From Malacoraja senta (taxonomy: Eukaryota), in contig CM075992.1 of assembly GCA_038087875.1 (NCBI GenBank), positions 5,644,001-5,708,000 of the forward strand: a stretch of 64,000 bases of DNA. The letters are read 5' to 3'. The notes beneath the pieces are model-generated. The model was not told the origin of the DNA. It did no database searches and was given only the letters and a program-made list of their open reading frames with translations. Below, in pieces: positions 50,501 through 59,179 of the stretch; position 1 is the first letter of the stretch; each line of letters starts with the position of its first letter. Made by a program: the position numbers and the translations under genes.

Positions 50501-53500
50501 AATAGGCAACGTTTCGGGCCGAAACACTTCTTCAAGTGTGGTGCCCCAATTGAAATCAATGGATCACGTTCTTAAGCTGAAATCCCACAAGGCCAGATCA
50601 CTGCTAGTTAGTCAAGCTCCCGGGATGCCAGTGTCACAGCCGCCCGACAGTTCCCCCACCAGCAGGTCACTGAGGAGTGGCAACGGTTCGATGGATCACC
50701 GAGCTGGTGCTCCCCCTCAGGAAGACAGACTTCATCCTCCTGCCTCTGCAACTCTGTTGCTCCACACAGTTGCCTATCAGTCAGCTAGCCCAGAATGATG
50801 CTGCGCCTGCCTAGATAGGGCAGTGTGACGAGGTTACAAAGTGCTGGAGTAATGCAGTAGGTCAGACAGCATCGCTGGAGAACATGGATAGGTGACATTT
50901 CGGGGAAAGACCTTTCTTCAAACCCGAAATGTCACCTATCCATATCCTCCAGGGATGCTGCCTGACCCGCTGTGCTACTCCAGCACTTTGTGTCCTTTTT
51001 CACAAACCAGCATTTGCAGTTCCTTGTTTCTACAGAGTGAAGAGGTTCTTCGTTGTCCTGCACAGAACATCTACAGTTTTCCCCAGTCAAAAGCTTCCTT
51101 CCAATCATACTTAAGGCACTCGAGTGTCACTACATAACCACACCGCAAGGGCAGTCACGGTAGCGCTGCGGTAGAGTTGGTGCCTTACAGTGAATGCAGC
51201 GCTGGAGACCCGGGTTCGATCCTGATGACAGGTGCTGTCTGTACGGAGTTTGTACGGTTTCCTCCCACACTCCAAAGACGTACAGGTTTGTAGGTTAATT
51301 GGCTTGGTAAATGTAAAAATTGTCCCTAGTGGGTGTAGGATAGTGTTATTGTGCGGGGATCGTTGGTCGGCGCGGACCCGGTGGGTCGGAGGGCCTGTTT
51401 CCACGGTGTATCTTTAAACTAAAAACAATAATAAAGATAAAAGTGGTGGAGTCCAACATGACCCCACCACTCACCACATCTTCCCGTCTCCCCCCATGTC
51501 TGCCTTCCGCAAAGACCGCTCCCTCCGTAACTCCCTTGTCAACTCTTCCCTTCCCTCCCATACCACCCCCTCCCCTGGTACTTTCCCTTGCAACCGCAAG
51601 AGATGCAACACTTGGCCCTTCACCTCCCCCCTCGACTCCATTCAAGGACCCAAGCAGTCGTTCCAGGTGCGACAGAGGTTCACCTGCATCTCCTCCAACC
51701 TCATCTATTGCATCCGCTGCTCTAGATGCCAGCTGATCTACATCGGTGAGACCAAGCGGAGGCTTGGCGATCGTTTCGCCGAACACCTCCGGTCGGTCCG
51801 CAATAACCAACTTGCCCTCCCGGTGGCTCAGCACTTCAACTCCCCCTCCCATTCCGTATCTGACCTCTCTGTCCTGGGTCTCCTCCATGGCCACAGCGAG
51901 CAACACCGTAAATTGGAGGAAATACACCTCATATTCCGCTTGGGCAGTCTACATCCTGGGGGCTTGAACATTGAATTCTCCCAATTCTGCTAGCCCTTGC
52001 TGTCCCCTCCCCTTCATCAGCCCTCTGGTTGTCTCCTCCCGTCCCCCAGCCCTCAGGCTCCTCCTCCGCCTTTTTCCTTTTTTCCTTTCTTCTCCCCACC
52101 CCCTATCAGTCTGAAGAAGGGTTTCGGCCCGAAACGTTGCCTATTTCCTTCGCTCCATAGATGCTGCTGCACCCGCTGAGTTTCTCCAGCATTTTTGTGT
52201 ACCTTCGATTTTCCAGCATCTGCAGTTCCTTCTTTAACAATAAAGATAAATATTTCAGTTTACATAAAGAAATTTGTGTTTAAATTTCTGGGTTATTTCT
52301 TACCTCTGCACACGATTGAAGTTCTTTTAGTTATAATTTTAGTTGGTAGGTACTGGTTCGTACATGTACAGTCGTACTTGCTGGGTTTATTGAAGCACAT
52401 TATATTTACAGTACAAAGGACACGTGCAACATGTCCCGTCCTGCCACAACCTAAGTCTGGAGTAAAGAGAACCAAAGTTAGTAAGATTGTTTAAAAAAAG
52501 ACACAATATGCTGGATTAACTCAGTGGGTCAGGCAGCATCTCTGGAGAACATGGCTAGATGACCTTTCAGGCAGGACTCTTCTTTACTAACTGTTTTTAT
52601 CTTTTAGCAAATTGTAGTATATATTTATAATTTTAGTCTCATTGTTAGAGATAAGGATTGATCCTGTCTGGTAAACTTTTCACATGGGATTTCTCCAAAT
52701 GACCAGCACAACTCCATCTCACAACACCTAACAAATTCAGTGCATTTACTGCTCTCTTTGATCTTCATCTCTGTTACTGTTATGCTTCAACAACTTTGAA
52801 AAGGAAATTGAGGTATCGGAGAAGCTTCCGAGGAAGGAACTCAGTTGCATGGAGACTTTGATGAAGCTGAGATCGATTTCCTCAGAGCAGAAAAAAATTA
52901 TGGGATGATTTAAACAGGTGGTTCCAAATCACAAAGGATAAACAGTGAGAAAATGTTTCACTACCAAGGTTTTGGGTATTTGTAATTACTGCCATGTTCT
53001 CTACTTCTTCAATGGTAAATTGATTCATTGAAACATACAGCATGGAAACAAGCCCTTTGGCCCACCGAGTCCATGATGTAGGGGAGAAAGAAGAAAACGA
53101 TAATAAACAGAGAATAAGTGGTGGTGGGTTTCTTAAATGTGTATATCTTAATGCTAGGAGCATTGTAAGAAAGGTGGATGAGCTTAGAGCCTGGATTGAC
53201 ACCTGGAAGTATGATGTTGTGGCGATCAGTGAAACATGGTTGCAGGAGGGCTGTGATTGAAAACTAAATATTCCAGGATTTCGTTGCTTCAGGGGTGATA
53301 GAATTGGAGGGGCAAGAGGTGGGGGTGTTGCATTGCTTGTCAAGGAAGATATTACAGCAGTGCTTTGGCAGGATAGATTAGAGGGCTCGTCTAGGGAGGC
53401 TATTTGGGTGGAACTGAGAAATGGGAAAGGTGTAGCAACACTTATAGGGGTGTATTATAGACCGCCAAATGGGGAGCGAGAATTGGAAGAGCAAATATGT

Positions 53501-56500
53501 AAGGAGATAGCAGATATTAGTAGTAAGCACAAGGTAGTGATTGTGGGAGATTTCAATTTTCCACACATAGACTGGGAAACACATTCTGTAAAAGGGCTGG
53601 ATGGTTTGGAGTTTGTAAAATGTGTGCAGGATAGTTTTTTGCAGCAATACATAGAGGTACCTACTAGAGAAGGGGCAGTGCTGGACCTCCTGTTAGGAAA
53701 TGAGACAGGGCAGGTGGCGGAGGTATGCGTCGGGGAGCACTTCGGGTCCAGTGATCACAATACCATTAGTTTCAATATAATTATGGAGAGGGTCAGAACT
53801 GGACCTAGGGTTGAGATTTTTGTTTGGAGAAAGGCTAACTTTGAGGAGATGCGAAAGGATTTAAAAGGAGTGAATTGGGACATGTTGTTTTATGGGAAAG
53901 ATGTAGAAGAGAAATGGAGGACATTTAAAGGTGACATTTCAAGAGTACAGAATCTTTATGTCCCTGTTCGGTTGAAAGGAAATAGTAAAAATTGGAAAGA
54001 GTCATGGTTTTCACGGGAAATTGGACACTTGGTTCGGAAAAAGAGAGATCTACAATAATTATAGGCAGCATGGAGTAAATGAGGTGCTTGAGGAGTATAA
54101 AGAATGTAAAAAGAATATTAAGAAAGAAATTAGAAAAGCTAAAAGAAGATATGAGGTTTGGCAAGTAAGGTGAAAGTAAATACAAAGGGTTTCTACAGCT
54201 ATATTAATAGCAAAAGGATAACAAGGAATAAAATTGGTCCATTAGAGAGTCAGAGTGGACAGCTATCTGCAGAGCCAAAAGAGATGGGGGAGATATTGAA
54301 CAATTTCTTTTCTTCGGTATTCACCAAGGAGAAGGATATGGAATTATGTGAGGTAAGGGAAACAAGCAGAGTAGCAATGGAAACTATGAGATTCAAAGAA
54401 GAGAAGGTGCGGACACTTTTGAAAAATATGAAAACGGATAAGTCTCCAGGTCCTGACAGGATATTCCCTAGGACATTGAGGGAAGTTAGTGTAGAAATAG
54501 CAGGGGCTATGACAGAAATATTTCAAATGTCATTAGAAACGGGAATAGTGCCGGAGGATTGGCATACTGCGCATATTGTTCCGTTGTTTAAAAAGGGTTC
54601 TAAGAGTAAACCTAGCAATTATAGACCTGTTAGTTTGACGTCAGTGGTGGGCAAATTAATGGAAAGGATACTTAGAGATAATATATATAAGCATCTGGAT
54701 AAGCAGGGTCTGATTAGGAACAGTCAACATGGATTTGTGCCTGGAAAGTCATGTTTGACTAAGCTTCTTGAATTTTTCGAAGAGGTTACTAGGGAAATTG
54801 ATGAGGGTAAAGCAGTGGATGTTGTCTATATGGACTTCAGTAAGGTCTTTGACAAGGTTCTTCATGGAAGGTTGGTTAAGAAGATTCAATTGTTGGGTAT
54901 TAATGGTGGAGTAGCAAGATGGATTCAACAGTGGCTGAATGGGAAATGCCAGAGGGTAATGGTGGATGGCTGTTTGTCAGGTTGGAGGCCGGTGACTAGT
55001 GGGGTGCCTCAGGGGTCTGTGTTGGGTCCACTGTTGTTTGTCATGTACATCAATGATCTGGATGATGGTGTGGAAAATTGGATTAGTAAGTATGCAGATG
55101 ATACTAAGATAGGTGGTGTTGTGGATAATGAAGTAGATTTTCAAAGTCTACAGAGAGATTTAGGCCATTTGGAAGGGTGGGCTGATAGATGGCAGATGGA
55201 GTTTAATGCTGATAAATGTGAGGTGCTACATCTCGGCAGGACAAATCAAAATAGGACGTACATGGTAAATGGTAGCGAATTGAGGAATGCAGTTGAACAG
55301 AGGGATCTAGGAATAACTGTGCATAGTTCCCTGAAGGTGGAATCTCATGTAGATAGGGTGGTAAAGAAAGCTTTTGGTGTGCTGGCCTTTATAAATCAGA
55401 GCATTGAATATAGAAGTTGGGATGCAATGTTAAAATTGTACAAGGCATTGGTGAGGCCAATTCTGGAGTATGGAGTACAATTTTGGTCGCCTAATTATAG
55501 AAAGGATGTCAACAAAATAGAGAGAGTACAGAGGAGATTTACTAGAATGTTGCCTGGGTTTCAGCAACTAAGTTACAGAGAAAGGTTGAACAAGTTAGGT
55601 CTTTATTCTTTGGAGCGCAGAAGGTTAAGAGGGGACTTGATAGAGGTCTTTAAAATTATGAGCGGGTTAGACAGAGTTGACGTGGATAAGCTTTTCCCAT
55701 TGAGAGTAGGGAAGATTCAAACAAGGGGACATGACTTGAGAATTAAGGGACAGAAGTTTAGGGGTAACATTAGGGGGAACTTCTTTACTCAGAGAATGGT
55801 AGCTGTGTGGAATGAGCTTCCAGTGGAAGTGGTGGAGGCAGGTTCCATTTTATCCTTTAAAAATAGATTGGATAGGTATATGGACGGGAAAGGAATGGAG
55901 GGTTATGGTCTGAGTGCAGGTAGATGGGACTAGGGGGAAGTAATTAAAAAAATTAAAATAAAAAATAAATAAATAAAGTGTTCGGCACGGACTTGAAGGG
56001 CCGAGATGGCCTCTTTCCGTGCTGTAATGGTTATATGGTTATATAATCAACCACCCGATCACACTAGTTCTAGGTTATCCCACTTCTTTAACCATTCCCT
56101 GCACTCTAGGAGCAATTTACAGAAGGCAATTAACCTACAAACGTACACGTCTTTGGGATGTGGGAGCAAACCGGAGCAAACAGAGGAACCCCACGCGGTC
56201 ACGGGGACAACGTGCAAACATAATGTTGGTTCATGAATGCAAATTCTTCCGTTTTGTGAGTTGGTATTGAAACTAAATAATGGAATTGCTCTTCTTTGAC
56301 CTGCACTCAACAGTCTGATCCTAGATATTTCCCCCAGGGACTGCCCCAGTCCATCATGGGTACTGACCTCCCCACCATTGAACTGATCTATAGGAGGAGC
56401 TCCCTCAAAAAGGCAGCGGCGTCATCAAGGACCCACGTCACCCTGGTCATGCTTTCATTTCACTCATGCTATTGGGAAGAAATTATAGGAGAGAAATTAT

Positions 56501-59179
56501 AGGAAAACCATGACTACCAGGATCAAGAAGTTTCTTCCCAACAATCATCAGTCTCTTAAACACTACAAACACAATCTAAGCTTGAATTACTATCTGTCTT
56601 AGTTGCACCCAGGACTTCAGGCTTTTTTTGCACTAATGTTTGTTTAAATTTATTTAACTTTTTTAGTTTATTCAAAGGGATCTATCACAGTCGCTGCCTC
56701 AAAAAAGCAGCCAATATCATCACCATTCTGGCCACGCACTCATCTCTCCGCTACCATCGGGCAGAAGGTATAGGAGCCTGAAATCTGTTACATCCAGGTT
56801 CAGGAACAGCTACTTCCCCACAGCCATCAGGCTATTAAACTTGCCAACAGACTCTGAACTGTAACAGCCTATTGCACTTTATCTGCTTATTTATGTGTAT
56901 ATTGAAACTGAACTGTTCTGTATTTTTGCTTACAAAATTCTGTTGTGCTGCAGCAAGCACAAATGTCATTGTTCTATCTGGAACACATGACAATAAACTC
57001 TCTTGACTTGACTTAACTTGACTTATTACATTATCAAGAGTACTGAACCATCCGACACCAACCAAAGAACGGTCCCAACCTACCATCTACTTCATTAGAA
57101 ACCCTCAGACTATCTTTAATTGGACTTTACAGGACGTTATCTTGTACTAAATGTATTCTCTTTACCCTGTATCTGTACACTGTGGACAGCTTGATTGTAA
57201 TCATGAATAGTCTTCCCGCTGACTGGATAGCACGCAACAAAAAAGGTCTTTCTCTATATCTCAGTACACGTGACAATAATAAATTAAATAGATATTTTGC
57301 TGCTGCAGAAAAGAATTTAATTGTTCAGTATTCAGTACCTATGACAATTAAACACATTTGACTTGATTTGAAAATATGAGCATAAAATCTGTTTGAATGT
57401 CAATGAATCTTTTCTATTTACAATTGACCGTGGGAAAACAGTATAATTGGTAGGTGTTTAAGAAAGAACCGCAGATGCTGTTAATATCAAAGGTAGGCAC
57501 AAAATGCTGGAGTAACTTAGCAGGTGAGGCAACATCTCTGGAGAGAAGGAATTGGCCACGTTCCTTCTGCCTCACCCGCTGAGTTACTGCAGCATGATTG
57601 GTAGGTGAACTAGGGTATGCCTAAGATTAAGGGATGATTTGATGGATCATGTGGATAGGCTCAAAGAACAAAGCTAACCAGGTAGTTCTCAGACCTGAAA
57701 AGTCAACTGTTTCTCTTTCAGTCGATGCTACCTAATCAAATGTATGTTTCATCATTTTCTGATTCTATCATTATAGCTAGTCTGTCTGTCCACTGAACTG
57801 CAGAACAGTTCTAATGGAGGCCCTCATTTGATTTTCACCCCTATTAAAAGATTAAAGGGCCTGTCCCACGAGCATGCGACTGCATGCGGCAAGCGCGACC
57901 AAACCGGAAGCGGGGTCGCGCGGAAGTCGAGTGATCCCCGTACAGGGCCGGTCCCACCAGCATGCGGCGAGCGCGACCAAACCGGAAGCGGGGGTCGCGC
58001 GGAGGTCGAGTGAGTGACGTGAAGTTCGAGCGAAGTCCGCGGGAAGTTCGCGCGTGACGTACGGCTTCAAGACGCTGCGTACGGCGTCGAGACGCTGCGC
58101 ACGCCCGTCGAGGTGGCTGCGGGCCGGCAGGCCGTTGGCGCGCGGAAATTTTGAACAGTGTCAGTTTTTTGGAGTCGGGACCAGCTCCGCACAACTCCAT
58201 ACGGCTCCGGCGATCGAAGTGGGACAGGCCCCGCGAGGCCGTACGGCTCAAGCGACCACGTTAGGTCGCGCTTGCCGCATGCAGTCGCATGCTCGTGGGA
58301 CAGGCCCTTAAGGAGCAGGACAGAGGGCATGCTACATGTTCCAATCTAAAACTCACCAATGTAGAATTTTCTTGAGTTAACGTAGTACCCAGGTGGACAC
58401 CGACTTTTGTCGAAAACAATTCCACCATTGATCAAGAGTGGGTCAATCTCTGCAAGGAAAGAAAAGGCAAATATTTGAAAAGTCCCAAATACTCCCAATT
58501 TGTGCCAAAAAGACATAAAGTGCTGGACTAGGTCAGCAGATCAAGGGATAGGTGATGTTTAGGGTCGGGACCCTTCTTCAGACTTCAGGGTCCTGCCTCG
58601 AAACATCACCTTTGCATGTTCTCCAGAGATAGACTCGAAATGCTGGAGTAACTCAGCGGATCAGGCATCATCTCTGGGGAAAAGGTTTTGTGAACCGGCT
58701 GAATCACTCCAGCACTTGTGTCTTTTTTTGTAAACCAGCATCTACAATTCCTTGTTCCTACAATAATCCTTGTTCCTACAATGAGCCCATCTATTTGCAC
58801 TATCCATGTACCGCACAGAGACCAAATTACCCCAGTGACATATTGAAGACACAAGAAACTGCATAAGCTGTCTTATTTAAAAAAAATTGTATCCAAGGTG
58901 CCTATGCAAAACATCACCTATCTGAGTTACTCCAGTACTCATATGATTAATAGAAGAATATAGCTGAGTCTATAAGTTAGAACCAACTAGTTTTCAACGT
59001 ACATTATTGCTGTGGGGAAGAGTGATTTGTGAATCCTGATTTACCTTCACAGTTTGTTGAAACGATGCCGCCTGCGTTTTTGCAGTCACAATGCAAGTGT
59101 GCAGACGATGCATTACACAATGCATTCGTAACACATGACTTGATACGAATAGCGGCATCAATGTCACACTTCTCATAAT
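26410..59179 (-). CDS. Adhesion GPCR of the ADGRE (EGF-TM7; EMR/CD97-like) family; 16 coding exons found, signal-peptide exon(s) not identified
   Basis: Phase-compatible GT-AG exon chain: EGF-type exons, then stalk/GAIN, GPS, 7TM (LHYLFLSAFVWMFLEG, GYGIP, CWL..WSFLGPV, ILGCSWIFG, YLFTIVNSFQGVFIF) and a C-tail. No specific paralog symbol can be assigned. Confidence 0.92.
27744..27912 (-). CDS. ADGRE-like exon, TM6-TM7
   Basis: MLTFKAI..FILGCSWIFG...AYLFTIVNSFQGVFIFIILCVLNPK; phase 2-0. Confidence 0.95.
28265..28470. repeat. Penelope-derived palindromic (hairpin) module
   Basis: gcagcatctctggagaacatggataggtga...cttcttcagac followed by its reverse complement gaaggg...ctatccatgttctccagagatgctgcc. 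Confidence 0.8.
29987..30078 (-). CDS. ADGRE-like exon, TM5-ICL3 (INTFLFLITLWNLKKEIDKRDIEVSKLKDTR)
   Basis: EVS.LK.TR motif typical of ADGRE; phase 0-2; gtgagt donor. Confidence 0.93.
30443..30573 (+). mobile_element. Short (GAA)-tailed retroposon, copy 1
   Basis: 12-bp TSD AATCTTTATTAC at 30431-30442 and 30574-30585. Confidence 0.85.
31247..31313 (-). CDS. ADGRE-like exon, ECL2-TM5 (CWLQKQRRFNWSFLGPVCLIIG)
   Basis: CWL..WSFLGPV motif; phase 2-0. Confidence 0.93.
32057..32289 (-). CDS. ADGRE-like exon, TM3-TM4
   Basis: CGVIAGFLHYLFLSAFVWMFLEG...GYGIPAVIV...GYG; phase 0-2. Confidence 0.95.
32901..33098 (-). CDS. ADGRE-like exon, TM1-TM2
   Basis: LNVITYIGIPVSLVCL...HMQLCVSLFLADLLFIIGI; cag/gtaaga. 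Confidence 0.95.
34990..35535 (+). mobile_element. CR1 3' fragment
   Basis: LERVQKRFTRMLPGL...RGDLIEVYK...WNNLP. Confidence 0.88.
35551..35721 (-). CDS. ADGRE-like GPS exon (EPDHGWSMHCAHWNY...YWTPDGC...THIRCQCNQVTNLALLISPFKWK)
   Basis: C-x2-W...W-x3-GC...T-x3-C-x-C GPS pattern; phase 0-0; not in ORF track. Confidence 0.9.
35932..37830 (-). mobile_element. 5'-truncated young CR1 LINE (RT domain open for 504 aa), (ggttatat)n tail
   Basis: KSPGPD, QHGF, GVPQGSVLGP, KYADDTK, FWSP; nearly identical to the copy at 53075-56045. Confidence 0.95.
38400..38700 (+). mobile_element. tRNA-derived SINE (HE1-like), full length
   Basis: GGTGCAGCGG...GGTTCGATCC...tgtatctctaaactaaactaaac. Confidence 0.85.
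38741..38928 (-). CDS. ADGRE-like GAIN exon (DFVALIAYSNMDSIL...LVSNVVSA...LNFTIRHTE)
   Basis: Typical GAIN strands (VA.I.Y..M..IL; L.S.VVS; .NFT..H); phase 1-0. Confidence 0.9.
39509..39648 (+). mobile_element. Short (GAA)-tailed retroposon, copy 2
   Basis: 13-bp TSD AGGACAGCAATGG at 39496-39508 and 39649-39661. Confidence 0.85.
40143..40457 (+). mobile_element. tRNA-derived SINE (HE1-like), full length
   Basis: Same A/B boxes and (aaact)n tail. Confidence 0.85.
40481..40600 (-). CDS. ADGRE-like GAIN exon (VEILNLRG...AVDIDQNTITRNQTD)
   Basis: Phase 1-1, tag/gtaaca; fits between neighbouring exons. Confidence 0.8.
41313..41765 (+). mobile_element. CR1 3' fragment
   Basis: LGLYSLEFRRMRGDLIETYK...WNSLP; near-identical to 49490-49925. 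Confidence 0.9.
42131..42311 (-). CDS. ADGRE-like GAIN subdomain A exon (KVISTGSDLLEKDSLW...FLQTVENAVV...)
   Basis: Resembles ADGRE GAIN helices (LW..L...A..LL..VE); phase 0-1. Confidence 0.85.
42640..42777 (+). mobile_element. Short (GAA)-tailed retroposon, copy 3
   Basis: 12-bp TSD GAGTGA(C/A)GCCTT at 42628-42639 and 42778-42789. Confidence 0.85.
44229..44330 (-). CDS. ADGRE-like stalk exon (YPWFSPHKYCSVINSLVILVNEQCQHENDDFLIQ)
   Basis: ttttcacag/gttagt; phase 0-0; open frame. Confidence 0.65.
44653..45404 (+). mobile_element. CR1 3' fragment with (ctattgt)n tail, nested in a reverse-oriented SINE
   Basis: 214-aa ORF QRDLGV...HLEYCVQFWS...WNSLP; gagca repeated at 44648-44652 and 45405-45409. 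Confidence 0.9.
46115..46173 (-). CDS. ADGRE-like stalk exon (DVNHFNNSQCSFIHWDNQAQ)
   Basis: cag/gtattg; phase 1-0 bridges the EGF exon to the next exon. Confidence 0.6.
47543..47635 (-). CDS. ADGRE-like exon, truncated Ca-binding EGF (DINECLSNPCNPWEVCTNTPGRYTCTNTTCI)
   Basis: DINEC and CxNTPGxYxC cbEGF signatures; phase 1-1; only 5 Cys. Confidence 0.85.
47874..48189. mobile_element. PIF/Harbinger-type MITE
   Basis: TIR AGGGCTTGTCCCACTGTAC.../...GTACAGTGGGACAGGCCCT; TTA target duplication at 47871-47873 and 48190-48192. Confidence 0.85.
49490..49925 (+). mobile_element. CR1 3' fragment
   Basis: Same family as 41313-41765; (ttctatgt) tail. Confidence 0.9.
51443..52237 (+). mobile_element. 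Penelope-like element 3' part: GIY-YIG endonuclease plus terminal module
   Basis: CNRKRCNTW...NLIYCIRCSRCQLIYIGETKRRLGDRFAEH...PVAQHFN...GLN* is the Penelope GIY-YIG signature. Confidence 0.9.
52111..52138 (+). ncRNA. Putative minimal hammerhead ribozyme core (CUGAAGA-A-GGGU UUCG GCCC-GAAAC-GUU); identical copies at 62786-62813 (+), 9602-9629 (-) and 29296-29323 (-)
   Basis: CUGANGA and GAAA boxes flank a 4-bp helix II with a UUCG loop and sit in the terminal repeat of a Penelope element; helix I pairing is weak. Confidence 0.55.
52304..52456 (-). CDS. ADGRE-like exon, 6-Cys EGF-like module (DLGCGRTG...CFNKPSKYDCTC...SIVCR)
   Basis: Phase 1-1, cag/gtaaga; CxNxxxxYxCxC motif. Confidence 0.8.
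53075..56045 (+). mobile_element. CR1 LINE with essentially the whole of ORF2 (APE endonuclease + RT), broken by a stop at 53258-53260 and frameshifts near 54050 and 54157; inserted inside a SINE
   Basis: YLNARS, ISETWL, YYRPP, GDFN, LDL, SDH (APE), followed by a 591-aa RT ORF with YADD; ggttatat tail. Confidence 0.96.
56680..57025 (+). mobile_element. Rex1/Babar-type LINE 3' remnant with (acttg)n tail
   Basis: Translates GHALISPLPSGRRYRSLKSVTSRFRNSYFPTAIRLLN; related remnants at 560-720, 48645-48790 and 56340-56560. Confidence 0.75.
57856..58308. mobile_element. PIF/Harbinger-type MITE, CpG-rich, young
   Basis: About 45-bp perfect TIR AGGGCCTGTCCCACGAGCATGCGACTGCATGCGGCAAGCGCGACC; TAA duplication at 57853-57855 and 58309-58311. 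Confidence 0.9.
58357..58449 (-). CDS. ADGRE-like exon, EGF remnant (EIDPLLINGGIVFDKSRCPPGYYVNSRKFYI)
   Basis: Phase 1-1, strong ttccttgcag acceptor and gtgagt donor; CPPGY motif. Confidence 0.65.
59045..59179 (-). CDS. ADGRE-like exon, 6-Cys EGF-like module (DYEKCDIDAAIRIKSCVTNALCNASSAHLHCDCKNAGGIVSTNCE)
   Basis: Phase 1-1 exon, cag/gtaaat, C..C..C..CxC..C pattern. Confidence 0.75.
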
